This document shows, in pieces, positions 20,121-30,385 of a stretch of DNA of 64,000 nucleotides (positions are counted from its first letter, which is position 1; the number at the start of each line of letters is the position of its first letter). The translations under genes were made by a program, and so were the position numbers. Origin of the DNA: Giardia intestinalis (lineage: Eukaryota); assembly GCA_000002435.2 (NCBI GenBank), contig CM018792.1; one strand, written 5' to 3'. The notes beneath the pieces were generated by a model. It ran no database searches and was not told the origin of the DNA. It saw only the letters and a list, made by a program, of their open reading frames with translations.

Positions 20121-23100
20121 ATGACCCAGCTGCCGGGAAATGTCTGCCTGGGGCCGATAGATTTGGACCGCGAGTCGATCCTGAATGTTGCGGAGTTCGT
20201 CCGCATGCTCTCGTCTGTGGGAACAGGCGAAGAGCTCTCCATGCTTCTTGACGTTTTCGGCTCGCTGGTGATGATGCAAACCACGTTCACAGTGGCAGAG
20301 CGTGCCACCATGGTATCTCTCTTCGTCGATCTTCTTTCCAGCGGGATCGGGGTCTACCCAGTCTCCCTGGTTGTAGAGCTTCTAAAGGCCATTTCAACGC
20401 TGTGCTCAGCAGAGCCTCCCCTTCCGATCTCCGTTCCATGGAGGGTCACCTTTGATTGCGTGGACACCTACGCTTTTTCTACGCGTGCGGTTGGCGACAT
20501 CGGGAGCCTTTCCAAGGAGTTTTTCAACAATGCTGCACAAGATCTTATGTGCATAGGCGCCTACTACGACCCAGAAGACTATGAGCAGATATATGCACTT
20601 GTGCATGGGTATCTAAAAGACACCTCCACACCCACCAACTTGTTCAAGTACCTCGCCCTGACCAGATGCTGGCTGCCTGTTCTTCCATCTGCTCACCTTC
20701 GTGCTAAGTATGTGAAGGCACACTGCCAGCAGAAATCAGAGACGGATTTTCGTTCTAGTATTGTGGAGAAGGCTCAGTTTCTGCTGCCAGGGACATTTGT
20801 AGACTCATCGGTAGCTGATTTACTCTCTGTAGATCTCTCCTTCCATAGATCTACAGAGCAGCTTCACACCAGCTGTCTCCGGGACCTTGAGGACCTCCTC
20901 CACTTGTCACTGGGCAAGGAAGTTGGCTACTCCATACTTTACTCAATATACCGCTTGCTCGTGGACTGTCCCTATCTGGACATCAGTGAAAGTTCATCCT
21001 CCATTCTACTCAGCTTCCAGACCACCCCAGTCGAGACCTCCTCACAGTTCAGTAAGTCGTGCTCTTACTTCACATCTGAAGGAAGGAAGGGCGTTCTGTC
21101 CTCTCTCTCCTTACCAGACTGGTTTGAGTTCTGGCCAGCAGGTATGAGCGAGGCTGTTCTTACTATCAGCCAGGCATCCGTCTGGCGCCCGTCCCTTCTG
21201 TGGTGTCTGGTTCAGGCAGGGGCGTGCCGTAGTCGTTATCTTTATCTCCAGGGCATGCTGCCAAATACCACCCCCTCACCACCCAACGAACTCACAAAAG
21301 AGTATGTGGACCTTTCCCCGGCAATCTCTATGCTCCGCTACATCGTAAATGCGTGCTTTGTTGGTGACTTGCCTAAATGCTCTGTCATCAAGGACGTCAG
21401 TATGCTCCTCACCGACCTTTCCTCCGCGCGGGTTCTTCCAGATGAAAAGCATCAGCAGGACCTCCAGGCTCGCATCGTACACTTTGTTAAGGGGCCCCTT
21501 GCGCACGTACTCTATCTCCCCGTTACTTCTGCAAGTCTGAAGGCCATTACACCCCTGGGATCCTCGTTGGCCAAGACCCTGCTCCTGCAGCTCTACATTG
21601 ACGGTGCTTCCCCGGATACTGTGGATCTATTTCAAGACGCACTTATCAAAGCAGTTAACCTCTTTTCTGCTGACACTTGGCCCATGATTACGCAAATGGC
21701 TTATGAACTGGCACACATCGACGCGACGAAGAAGCACCATAAGTATGGACTATCATCCCTATTATTTATTGTTTCAGATCAGCTTCTGGATCGTTGGTTT
21801 ATCTCCTCTGATACGACAGGCCTTACACTTCCAGAAGCCTTAGCTATGTGTCTGCCTTATTTGACCCTTCAGCACGTCGTGCAGTCGAAGGCCTGTTTGC
21901 TCTTCTTGGAATCTGTTTCCCTCAGCTTACCGGTTCTTACTGCAAAGGACCTATGTCAGAAAGTAGGTTGCTACACCAGCTCCAAGTACGACACACTAAA
22001 GGATCTTCTGTTCGCAGTCCTGGACTCTTTATTGGCCTTTCTTTTAGATGCTTCCGTAGAAACCCTTGCAAGCTGCGATGCAGATCCTCTGTCGGCTGTT
22101 CGCTCTCCACAAACGGAGAGAGTCAAATCGCCCACTAACCATGGTGAGTATGGCGTAGCTTTTTCCTCTAAAAACACCACGCGCATTTTCTCTCCTTCCT
22201 TCGGGACAGTGACCGGGACAAATAAGTTTGCGCCCCACCTTGCTACGGCGGAGAAGGTTATCGTCAGTATACTTGCCGCTTTAGATACTAGCACGACTTG
22301 TGAGATCTTTAGCAAGCAACTGCTTCCATTTTTGTTTGACAAGGTCATTCCAAGACGCGTAGCTTCTTTCCGCTCCTTTTTATCTGCGTGCATAGCAGGC
22401 CTGGAGAGTAGATGTAATCACTCTGCAGATGAAGCGAAAATGGTGCACCTTGTCTTGGATACGCTATACGATGGCTTGGATGAACACATCCGTGCTTGGC
22501 TAGAGAAATCTGATACCACCAAGTCGCCCACTGTCGCTTTGATATGCTTGCAAGCAGTCATTTCAGTAGATCACTTGTTGCTTTCTCCAGCTGGTGAGAC
22601 TCGTCTGAATACGCTTGGATCACGCATACTTGAATACTTCTGTGCAGAAGAGTACCGGAGCTATTGTGAGGCCAGCGAGAAGATTGCTTTATTGCAGAAG
22701 AACAAGACGGCAGATCCATTTCCATCGTGTCCAGACCAGGACGATGAGTTGGAACCAGCTAAAAAGAAGTTCACATACATTGTCTGCTTGGCCCATGCGC
22801 TCTCCACCCCATGCGTGACTGCATTCCCTTCTTCGTGGACCCCCTGCCTCGACGGTGATATTCGCGAGGTCGCATGGAGCGTTCCCACAGATGCTTCCAT
22901 AGAACTTTATCAAAGTATTATCAGCGTCGTTTCTGAAGCACTCAGTATTTGCACCAATATCACAACTAGTACAGATATCTCTTACGCGCTACTCTCGCTC
23001 CTGACTCCTCACGTACAAGGTAACAGAATATCTGCCCCAGCCAATGTACCGATAGACTCGTATAAGTTCCAAACACTTTTGGATTGCCTGGATATTAGAC

Positions 23101-26100
23101 AAACGATGATCTCTCCATCTACCAGGACACTTATCCCTCCTGCCGAGAAGTTGGTAACTATCGACTTCACAGACGAAACCCCAGGTACTCTTTTATCAGA
23201 TGAGCCTAGATTCCCACTCTTCTATACCTTTTCTGGTTGCGGAGGTGGAATGATGCAAGAGAGCATGCGTCTCCTTTCAGAGCCATCTTGCAAACCGGGG
23301 GCTGTTCGAGCTCTTTTCGCCCCGTCGCCTCAACTGGCCAACAAGCGCCGACCAATTCCCGTTACATCCCATAAGATTCAGGTTGACTCAGAACTAGTTT
23401 TTACAACACTGCGTAAGATTGCCAATCATTTGCTAAAGGAGGGCCTTTTTGTTGGCAAAGAGGCCCAGGACTTTTTAGCGGTATTGGCGTCTGCTGGCAT
23501 TGAGACAAAGACTACCGCCTTTGGCAAGTTCTTCACATCCTTATTCTCTGCTATCCCGCCCAAAAGGCCTCGATCTAAGACTCAGCGCACGCAACTAGAG
23601 CTCAACATAGTAGCGCAGATGATCTACTACTATCGGCTACTATTTAAGTCTACCACCGTGCAGCAGACTACACAGCCGTCTGCGCTCCAGTTCATCCCTT
23701 TAGTTTTGGATACGTATATCTTTGGCTCCACCGAGACACGGGTCAATTGCCTCTCCATCATGACCAGCCTGGCGTCGGTTGCTCCGGCCCATTATGGAGC
23801 CGTTCACACGCTTATTTGCGACGTTTTTGCAGGTCTTCTTCGGAAACCTCTTGGAGGAGAGGCTGTGTTGGAGACACTTGCTAAGTACTTTACAGATACT
23901 TTCGGAAGCGAATGTGCCGATGGAGCTGCCGCTATCCTTAGACGCGAGGCGCTTGCCTTCAATCCTATCGCCGCGAGGAAGTTTATCGAGCAGTTGAGCG
24001 CGTATTTCGACAAGGAGCTCCCAGTGCAGCTCATAGCTCTTAATATAGTGGGAGGTATTTCAACAGAGATACTCTTTGAAAAGTACTTGACCATATATGT
24101 GCTTCTTGGGGACCACGACCACGAAGGCATGGACAAATTCTTTTCATTTGTTAACGCATACAACAATTCACTCATGACTGTCTCGGCCACATCGTTTGCT
24201 GAGGCTGTGCGTGCGTCTGTCCTGCAGGAGAAAGGGACCAAGAAAGACTCAGACTTCCGGCGGGTCATCCCCATCGACGGTCCTGTGTGCTTGGATGTAC
24301 AGAGATGGATGCCAGTGTGTGTGTCAGGCTCTGAATTCTCGGTGGAAGGTGCTTACAATAATATCACAGCAATGGCCGCGACTGTCCACAAAACCATTGA
24401 CACCATTTGTAAAAGCAGCGACTCTGTCAACTGGCACTCTCTCTGCTTCATACTCGTGTACTATATTAAGCGCTTTGCGATGCTCCCAATTCTTGTTGGA
24501 GTCCTTCGACAGCTGTGTTCTGCCCTAACCGAGAATCATTTAGTTTTTGTAGACATTTATCTAATATTTTACACATCAGTCTTGTTGGCATACTCGTATA
24601 AGGAGCACGGGACCATGCAGCATCCACTGACTTCGCGCGCCATGCCTGTGACTGCTTATTCGGACGCGTCCTTGCCTTTAGTTGAGCGCATTTCACCGAT
24701 TAGCGAGCTGAAAGCGTTCCTGAATGAACAGGAGATAATTCCCTATCTACAAGAGCTTATCAGGTCCACGCTTCTTGTCTGTCATGAATGGTGTGAGCAG
24801 AATGACGCTGCGTCCAAGTGTGCGATTGGGCAGCAGGAGAACACCATCATGTGGAGACAAATGTTTATAATCGGCGGGCTTGGCGTCGTCAAGACCACCT
24901 TGGCATTGCTAATAGAGATGGTTGCGAGGGACTCTGCCGGTTCGTCGTCTGCTCAGCTCAAGGTATACGAACATCAAATGTTGTGCAACATAGTCTGGCG
25001 TGTCTTCGAGTCACTTCCCTATATACGCTCATTATCGCCGAGCATTTACACAATCAAAATACACCAAGTTATGCGAAGATTAATTGATCTTGTAGTGTCA
25101 GTCCAAGAACGATCCAGTTTTTCAGACATAAAGATGTATTGGCGTGGATTACTGACCAGGACAATGAGTAACGGAAATACCGAAGAGGCGCGTGTTTTCA
25201 TAGAGGAAGAGCTGAAGTGGTTTGTGAAGTATATTTCTGATCACACGTATAGAGGGAGTGGCAAAGCAGCCTCACGATTAGTGGTGCTTGAGGGCCTGAT
25301 CAATGGCATATTTATCTATGATGCTCCGATGGCGGAGGATGTCTCGTTAAGAGTGCTTGGAGCATTAGACAAGACCTCGCCCCAAGCGCTAAGTTTTTCT
25401 AGATTAGTGGTGCCACATATAGCCAAGATACTTGCTTTCTGCGTAGTAGCCGTACACAGAGACCTGCTGGCTTTATCTAAGACTAGTGCAAGCTTCTGCG
25501 GACTACTTAGGGGTTCGAACGAAGGCCACGCCTGTAGTTCTTCCGAGGAAAAAGGTCTCAGGTGTGTGGAAAGTCTATTCTCACGTCTCAAGGCTGCCAT
25601 AGCTAAATGGATTGATACGGACCCCAATTCCAGGTCTGAACAGACGCTAGATGACATCGAGTGCTACCACGAGGCAGCGCTGCTTGTGACCATTGTCCAC
25701 AGTGTCTCTTCCTTGCGGGGTCCTACGTCTATCATCGACAAATACGAACTTCTGGAGACTATTATCCACCTGAAGGGGATCGACGTGTGTTCTAATGAAC
25801 TCGGAGACCAGCTAAACGCTATAGTTAAAACGTATGTCGACACTTTGATAAACCCGTCATCGCAGACCTGCGAAACTTTCATTAGGATTCTCAGTACAGG
25901 GACTTTAGGTCCGCGGGAGTACGCATTCTGCCTTGGAAACTTCTCGCGTCTGGTTACTAAGTATCTACTGACGAGCGATCACTTAGTTTCTCACACAACC
26001 GTGAGATCTGAGCTCATTGAAAAATACTTCCGCATACCCTTTTTCACGGCGATGGGCAAGCACAATGTCATCAAAGAGCAGGGTCTCTCCGCCTTTATTA

Positions 26101-26450
26101 ACATAGCCAGCGCAATGAGCAGGGATGTACTCAGGGAGACGTACGACATCCTTCTCCAGCTATTCAAGCAGAAGGACTCGAGGCAGTGCAACGGGGTGCT
26201 CTCTATTATGATCCTGTTTGCTAAGATTTTGCTGCTCGATATGAGCTCTGAGTTGCCGAGACACTTGCTGAATTTGAAACGCCTAACCACATCCAAGCAG
26301 CCTGTAGTGCGACAAAACGCTACTCAGTTCTATGAAGCATTTTGGCGGAAGTATACTTATTATGAAAGCGTTATAGAGCTAGTATTTCCAGAGGAAGGCG
26401 ACTTTGAAGCGCTAAAGGAGACCAAGAAGGCCGTTAGTTATGTAAACTAG
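20121..26450 (+). CDS. Very large hypothetical protein (~2109 aa). The ORF-track start at 20034 is TTG. The first ATG is 20121, preceded by ttttttta.
   Basis: Continuous 6.3-kb ORF with moderate GC and protein-like composition. Possibly alpha-helical repeats. No recognisable catalytic motif. Confidence 0.6.
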   Translation: MTQLPGNVCLGPIDLDRESILNVAEFVRMLSSVGTGEELSMLLDVFGSLVMMQTTFTVAERATMVSLFVDLLSSGIGVYPVSLVVELLKAISTLCSAEPPLPISVPWRVTFDCVDTYAFSTRAVGDIGSLSKEFFNNAAQDLMCIGAYYDPEDYEQIYALVHGYLKDTSTPTNLFKYLALTRCWLPVLPSAHLRAKYVKAHCQQKSETDFRSSIVEKAQFLLPGTFVDSSVADLLSVDLSFHRSTEQLHTSCLRDLEDLLHLSLGKEVGYSILYSIYRLLVDCPYLDISESSSSILLSFQTTPVETSSQFSKSCSYFTSEGRKGVLSSLSLPDWFEFWPAGMSEAVLTISQASVWRPSLLWCLVQAGACRSRYLYLQGMLPNTTPSPPNELTKEYVDLSPAISMLRYIVNACFVGDLPKCSVIKDVSMLLTDLSSARVLPDEKHQQDLQARIVHFVKGPLAHVLYLPVTSASLKAITPLGSSLAKTLLLQLYIDGASPDTVDLFQDALIKAVNLFSADTWPMITQMAYELAHIDATKKHHKYGLSSLLFIVSDQLLDRWFISSDTTGLTLPEALAMCLPYLTLQHVVQSKACLLFLESVSLSLPVLTAKDLCQKVGCYTSSKYDTLKDLLFAVLDSLLAFLLDASVETLASCDADPLSAVRSPQTERVKSPTNHGEYGVAFSSKNTTRIFSPSFGTVTGTNKFAPHLATAEKVIVSILAALDTSTTCEIFSKQLLPFLFDKVIPRRVASFRSFLSACIAGLESRCNHSADEAKMVHLVLDTLYDGLDEHIRAWLEKSDTTKSPTVALICLQAVISVDHLLLSPAGETRLNTLGSRILEYFCAEEYRSYCEASEKIALLQKNKTADPFPSCPDQDDELEPAKKKFTYIVCLAHALSTPCVTAFPSSWTPCLDGDIREVAWSVPTDASIELYQSIISVVSEALSICTNITTSTDISYALLSLLTPHVQGNRISAPANVPIDSYKFQTLLDCLDIRQTMISPSTRTLIPPAEKLVTIDFTDETPGTLLSDEPRFPLFYTFSGCGGGMMQESMRLLSEPSCKPGAVRALFAPSPQLANKRRPIPVTSHKIQVDSELVFTTLRKIANHLLKEGLFVGKEAQDFLAVLASAGIETKTTAFGKFFTSLFSAIPPKRPRSKTQRTQLELNIVAQMIYYYRLLFKSTTVQQTTQPSALQFIPLVLDTYIFGSTETRVNCLSIMTSLASVAPAHYGAVHTLICDVFAGLLRKPLGGEAVLETLAKYFTDTFGSECADGAAAILRREALAFNPIAARKFIEQLSAYFDKELPVQLIALNIVGGISTEILFEKYLTIYVLLGDHDHEGMDKFFSFVNAYNNSLMTVSATSFAEAVRASVLQEKGTKKDSDFRRVIPIDGPVCLDVQRWMPVCVSGSEFSVEGAYNNITAMAATVHKTIDTICKSSDSVNWHSLCFILVYYIKRFAMLPILVGVLRQLCSALTENHLVFVDIYLIFYTSVLLAYSYKEHGTMQHPLTSRAMPVTAYSDASLPLVERISPISELKAFLNEQEIIPYLQELIRSTLLVCHEWCEQNDAASKCAIGQQENTIMWRQMFIIGGLGVVKTTLALLIEMVARDSAGSSSAQLKVYEHQMLCNIVWRVFESLPYIRSLSPSIYTIKIHQVMRRLIDLVVSVQERSSFSDIKMYWRGLLTRTMSNGNTEEARVFIEEELKWFVKYISDHTYRGSGKAASRLVVLEGLINGIFIYDAPMAEDVSLRVLGALDKTSPQALSFSRLVVPHIAKILAFCVVAVHRDLLALSKTSASFCGLLRGSNEGHACSSSEEKGLRCVESLFSRLKAAIAKWIDTDPNSRSEQTLDDIECYHEAALLVTIVHSVSSLRGPTSIIDKYELLETIIHLKGIDVCSNELGDQLNAIVKTYVDTLINPSSQTCETFIRILSTGTLGPREYAFCLGNFSRLVTKYLLTSDHLVSHTTVRSELIEKYFRIPFFTAMGKHNVIKEQGLSAFINIASAMSRDVLRETYDILLQLFKQKDSRQCNGVLSIMILFAKILLLDMSSELPRHLLNLKRLTTSKQPVVRQNATQFYEAFWRKYTYYESVIELVFPEEGDFEALKETKKAVSYVN

Positions 26451-27090
26451 GAATTAGTTCATCTTGGTCTCTGTGGACACCGCGGGCATAGATGGACATA
26501 AGGGAGCGATAAATGCCGTCAGCGTCGTCAGGGCCAATGAGATCAGCACGCAGCCCCTGTTCTGTAGCTCCATAGATATCGACCAATAGATCCATCACGT
26601 TTCTATATTGTTGCAAGCAGACCCGAATTGATACAAAATACATGCCACTGAAGCCGCCGTCCGTGGGGAAACACCAGAGCTTTTCAAAGGTATCTTTGTT
26701 CATGCGTTCCACCGTGGAATAGCACTCCTCTGGAGTCTGCTCGTCAGCATCTGGTGTGGATACTTCGTCCTGCACACCCACAAGGCCTTTGAGGTGCTCA
26801 GGGGGGAAGGAAAGAAAGTCATATTGCGTCGGATATGCCTGCTGAAGGACAGCCATGCAGCGCTTCCTGTGCTCCGAAAGCGACAGTCCGGATTCAAGCA
26901 CCTCTTTCAGTCGCTCATGAGATGCATACTCTTGGAGGTTCAGCTCAAAGAGGCCTGCTAGACTCCCCAGCTCTGGGTTTGTTTGTATGGGTTCGTTAGC
27001 TAAAAAAGATACTAGCGTGTCGACAGTACCTCCCCATTCGACGACCTTCTCATAAAGAGCAGCAATCACAAAAAAGTCCCATTCTCGCAT
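26434..27090 (-). CDS. Hypothetical protein (218 aa)
   Basis: True ATG (cat 27088-27090). Convergent 17-bp 3' overlap with the preceding gene. No domain recognised. Confidence 0.45.
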   Translation of the reverse strand: MREWDFFVIAALYEKVVEWGGTVDTLVSFLANEPIQTNPELGSLAGLFELNLQEYASHERLKEVLESGLSLSEHRKRCMAVLQQAYPTQYDFLSFPPEHLKGLVGVQDEVSTPDADEQTPEECYSTVERMNKDTFEKLWCFPTDGGFSGMYFVSIRVCLQQYRNVMDLLVDIYGATEQGLRADLIGPDDADGIYRSLMSIYARGVHRDQDELIPSLHN

Positions 27091-27103
27091 TTATATTTAC
27101 TGC

Positions 27104-28921
27104 TTACTCCACATATTGCTCTCTAAAGGCTGGCTCACCCAGTAAGATGCTATTTATTACCCCCTGGCGCTTCATCTGGATAAATTTAAGCCCGGTGTCG
27201 GCATAGACGCCCCTGAACTTTCGATACTTTTCGTAATGAGGGCTATCTGGTGGGGGGACGACCAGGATGACGACACCATCGGTTTCTTTGGCCAGCATTG
27301 CTGCATCAAGTATGCGATCGTCAAGAGTGTCTAGATGTAAGTTAGGGTTTAAGGCGCGGCAGGAGGTTTTATGGAGCTCTGGGAGGTCCTCCTCGATCTC
27401 TCTTTTGTGGAGACATCGGTCGAATTCGCTTTCGAAAACAATCTTCACGGTCTTGACACCCATGCCCGCGACAACGAGACCAAAGCTGTACAGGGCAATA
27501 AAATCCTTTGCGGACGTCTGCTTTGTCATTGGTACGTTCAGAATGGCCTCTGGAACGATTACTATGTGATAGCTGTCAACAAACACAACAGGGTATTTGA
27601 AAGATTTGGCCATTACACGTGCAAGAGACCAATCCTCTGGCATCCGGCTGAGGAGCGACTGGTCACCAGCAGCTGCTTCTTCCCGAGAAACGCTTATCAA
27701 GTACTTTCGAGCCCGAGGAAAGTCCACACTTGGGTCTCTGAGCACAGTTTTCCTGCATCTCTGAAGGTACGTCTCTGTGAGAATGGGGATGCCCCTGTGG
27801 ATCGCCATCAGATAGCGTGCCGTCCTCCGAAACTTGTTCGTAAAGAATACATTGACCTTATCGGCAGCATATCCAAGATCTTGGCGGATGTTCAGCTCCT
27901 CAACAATGGATTTCATCTCTTCGTTAAGATAATTGCACCAGCAGACCTTCACATCCTGCCCAAGACCATCTAGGATGTCTGTGAAACTGTACTCGTCACA
28001 ATGAATAGTGTGCATGAGTGCTCGCCGTGCTGTGTAGTCATCGATGTTATAAGCTAATGGAGGCGCATCGTCCAAGTTCTCAAAGCACGCGTCTATTTGA
28101 AGTTTTTCATTAGGATCAGACTCTTCCGGGTTCTCTGCCACCCCGTCGCTTTCAGACTCTTCGTCAGTACTTTGCAAGTCTAGTCCTTCATCGCTAGTGT
28201 CGCTGTCATCCCCAGTGAACTCCTGAAACGACTCGTTAGTGCTTGGGCGGATAGATTCGTGTTCCTCACCGTCAATATCTAGTCCATCTGCTTTCTTGGC
28301 TTTTTTCTTAGTCGTCTTTTTTACCGTTGGCTTAGAGATCTCACTGGCCGCAGCAGGCGTCTTCTTAGTAGTTTTCTTTACCCCTGCGTCTTCCTTGCTA
28401 GCGGGGCCTAAGGTCTTTGCAGACTCTGTACGTGGCTTTTTCGTGGTTGGAGTTGTTTTCTTTTTCGGTGGTTCCTGCTTTGCTACAGAGGCAGAGTCTT
28501 GTTCTGCTTCTTGTTGATCGAGACCTGCCAGAACTGCTCCTGTCTCATGCTCTTCAGCAGCTTCATTCACAGTCACAACGATCTTAAACACAACGGCTTT
28601 CGACTCGCACACAACGTGGAACCGATTGACACTACTGGGATCAAGCTCGTAAGTGTCTTTCATGAGTGTCTTCGAAATTCCACCGTGTTTGATAGTTGTT
28701 CCTGCACGTGAAGTATCAGATATGATAATCTTTTCTGCGCTGAACACCATTTCGAGGTGCTGAGACGAGATAGCAGGCCCGGGGAGTGGAATGAAGAAGG
28801 ACCCTGGCTCAGCAGAGCGCTGGGCGCCGTCTTTGGCAGCTCGCCCCACTAGTATGCGTGTCTCTGCGATCTCATACGCATGGAGAAAGCTCTCGTCTTG
28901 ATAGACCATGCATTTGACCAT
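27104..28921 (-). CDS. FHA-domain protein with K/E-rich low-complexity middle and a C-terminal region with BRCT-like features
   Basis: N-terminus LVGRAAKD...FFIPLPGPAISSQHLEMVF...IIISDTSRAGTTIKHGG matches the FHA GR...SxxH...(N)GT pattern. The C-terminal ~300 aa contain ...ARYLMAIHRGIPILTETYLQRC, which resembles the BRCT helix-3 motif. Confidence 0.55.
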   Translation of the reverse strand: MVKCMVYQDESFLHAYEIAETRILVGRAAKDGAQRSAEPGSFFIPLPGPAISSQHLEMVFSAEKIIISDTSRAGTTIKHGGISKTLMKDTYELDPSSVNRFHVVCESKAVVFKIVVTVNEAAEEHETGAVLAGLDQQEAEQDSASVAKQEPPKKKTTPTTKKPRTESAKTLGPASKEDAGVKKTTKKTPAAASEISKPTVKKTTKKKAKKADGLDIDGEEHESIRPSTNESFQEFTGDDSDTSDEGLDLQSTDEESESDGVAENPEESDPNEKLQIDACFENLDDAPPLAYNIDDYTARRALMHTIHCDEYSFTDILDGLGQDVKVCWCNYLNEEMKSIVEELNIRQDLGYAADKVNVFFTNKFRRTARYLMAIHRGIPILTETYLQRCRKTVLRDPSVDFPRARKYLISVSREEAAAGDQSLLSRMPEDWSLARVMAKSFKYPVVFVDSYHIVIVPEAILNVPMTKQTSAKDFIALYSFGLVVAGMGVKTVKIVFESEFDRCLHKREIEEDLPELHKTSCRALNPNLHLDTLDDRILDAAMLAKETDGVVILVVPPPDSPHYEKYRKFRGVYADTGLKFIQMKRQGVINSILLGEPAFREQYVE

Positions 28922-29064
28922 TTTTATCTTAGTTTGTACTAGCCCTTCGTTGGTAGTGCAGCCCTGTTCAGGGACAAAACGTGGTAGACACCTCTTAGGT
29001 AACTACTTCGTTGTATTGACACTTTCGACGTATAGCAACTTATCACAGGGCGAAGTTAACTTAA

Positions 29065-29081
29065 GAGGGCGCAGATTTGGG
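29065..29081 (+). promoter_or_regulatory. Histone promoter 'him'-like motif (GAGGGCGCAGATTTGGG) about 40 bp upstream of the histone H3 ATG
   Basis: GGGCGCAGATTTGG closely matches the conserved Giardia core-histone upstream element (GRGCGCAGATT.GG) as I recall it. Located at -52 to -36 relative to the ATG at 29117. Confidence 0.5.
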
Positions 29082-29116
29082 ATCAATCTTTTTGGCCAAA
29101 AAGGGCGGGGAACAAA

Positions 29117-29557
29117 ATGGCACGCACCAAGCACACGGCACGCAAGACGACCAGCGCGACGAAGGCGCCGCGCAAGACGATCGCGCGCAAGGCCGCACGC
29201 AAGACGGCGTCCTCGACGAGCGGGATCAAGAAGACCGGCCGCAAGAAGCAGGGCATGGTCGCGGTCAAGGAGATCAAGAAGTACCAGAAGTCCACAGACC
29301 TGCTCATCCGGAAGCTGCCCTTCTCGAAGCTCGTCCGTGACATCGTCACCTCCGGGCTCTCCAAGTCCGACATCCGCTTCCAGGGCGCGGCGGTGGAGGC
29401 CCTCCAGGAGTCTGCGGAGAACTACATCATCTCGCTCTTCGTCGACACGCAGCTCTGCGCCGAGCACGCCAAGCGCGTCACGATCATGAAGCCCGACATG
29501 GAGCTTGCGACCCGGATCGGCAAGCGGATCGAGCCCGAGTACAGGAAGGGCAAGTAA
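29117..29557 (+). CDS. H3: Histone H3
   Basis: [20 protein letters not shown]...[10 protein letters not shown]...[20 protein letters not shown] is unmistakably H3. AGTAAAC poly(A) signal overlaps the TAA stop. Confidence 0.95.
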   Translation: MARTKHTARKTTSATKAPRKTIARKAARKTASSTSGIKKTGRKKQGMVAVKEIKKYQKSTDLLIRKLPFSKLVRDIVTSGLSKSDIRFQGAAVEALQESAENYIISLFVDTQLCAEHAKRVTIMKPDMELATRIGKRIEPEYRKGK

Positions 29558-29566
29558 ACGTTTACT
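29553..29566. terminator. 14-bp palindrome AGTAAACGTTTACT providing overlapping Giardia-type poly(A) signals (AGTAAAC) for convergent H3 (+) and CPSF30 (-). Each overlaps its own stop codon.
   Basis: The H3 stop TAA is at 29555-29557, inside AGTAAAC. The CPSF30 stop is TAG, the reverse complement of 29565-29567, and is followed on the minus strand by AGTAAAC, the reverse complement of 29560-29566. The sequence is its own reverse complement. Confidence 0.7.
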
Positions 29567-30359
29567 AGGCGTCTTCGTCTTCGATTTCCTTGTTTGCCCG
29601 CGCACGGGCCCGATCGGCGCGTTCGCTGGCTTCGATTTCGCGCAAAATGTCATAGAGGCGGCGGAAGTTTTCGGGCGTGTGCTCAAAGACTTTGTTGATC
29701 ATAGCGTGGTCACGGACGAGCCGGGACCCGTCTTTGGCAGCAGGACATTGTAGCAACATCCCAGTGAAGTCTGTGTTATCCTCTATTGAGGTCTGTCCGT
29801 GATGAGCGTTGTAGCGATCTTTCTTGTCGTTGTCGGTGAGCTCATGAGCATCGCCGTGATACTTGCAGCAGTGGCTGCAGTGGCCAATATAGCCCGGCTT
29901 CTTCATGACCTGGCGCGTGTATATGGTAATGGGACCAGACAGCTGGGGGTGCTGCATTGTACAATTGGGGCCTTCGGGACAGAAGCCTGCGAGGTACCGA
30001 GGGCAGAGCGTGTACACTATGTGCCTGGAATCGCATGTTTTATTGAGGCAGACACCGCGTGCGAATGAATAGCAGACATCGGCACGCTTAGAGCTCTTGT
30101 GGTTGTAAATGCAGTAGTGGTTGGTGCAATTATCTCCAAACTTGCACAGATCGAGCTTGTCAATAGCGTACTCATGGATAAACTCGCAGTCATCTCCTTT
30201 CTTACACTGGTCTCGGATGTAGTGCTTACAGACGGTCTTATTAGTCTTCCTACTACTATCTGTCTCCATGTGTGCATATATCCCTATCTTATCGCGAATG
30301 AACGTGTTGAGCTGCTCAGAGTTCTGCGTTCGGAAGCAGGACTCCAAGGCATAGTTCAT
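29565..30359 (-). CDS. CPSF4: CCCH zinc-finger protein, CPSF 30-kDa subunit / YTH1 homolog (mRNA 3'-end processing)
   Basis: Five tandem CCCH fingers: CKHYIRDQCKKGDDCEFIHEY, CKFGDNCTNHYCIYNH, CYSFARGVCLNKTCDSRH, CPRYLAGFCPEGPNCTMQHP. These parallel YTH1/CPSF30 ([21 protein letters not shown]...CVNYLVGFCPEGPSCKFMHP). A CxxCxxxH knuckle follows. Confidence 0.85.
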   Translation of the reverse strand: MNYALESCFRTQNSEQLNTFIRDKIGIYAHMETDSSRKTNKTVCKHYIRDQCKKGDDCEFIHEYAIDKLDLCKFGDNCTNHYCIYNHKSSKRADVCYSFARGVCLNKTCDSRHIVYTLCPRYLAGFCPEGPNCTMQHPQLSGPITIYTRQVMKKPGYIGHCSHCCKYHGDAHELTDNDKKDRYNAHHGQTSIEDNTDFTGMLLQCPAAKDGSRLVRDHAMINKVFEHTPENFRRLYDILREIEASERADRARARANKEIEDEDA

Positions 30360-30385
30360 AGTAGATCTTCCAAAAAATTCTCTCT

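Noticed and set aside
28908-29686. ORFs 28908-29489 (+), 29003-29686 (-), 29083-29373 (-) and 29077-29340 (+) overlapping histone H3
   Set aside because: Alternate-frame and antisense ORFs produced by the GC-rich histone gene ([11 protein letters not shown]-type translations). The H3 frame is unambiguous.
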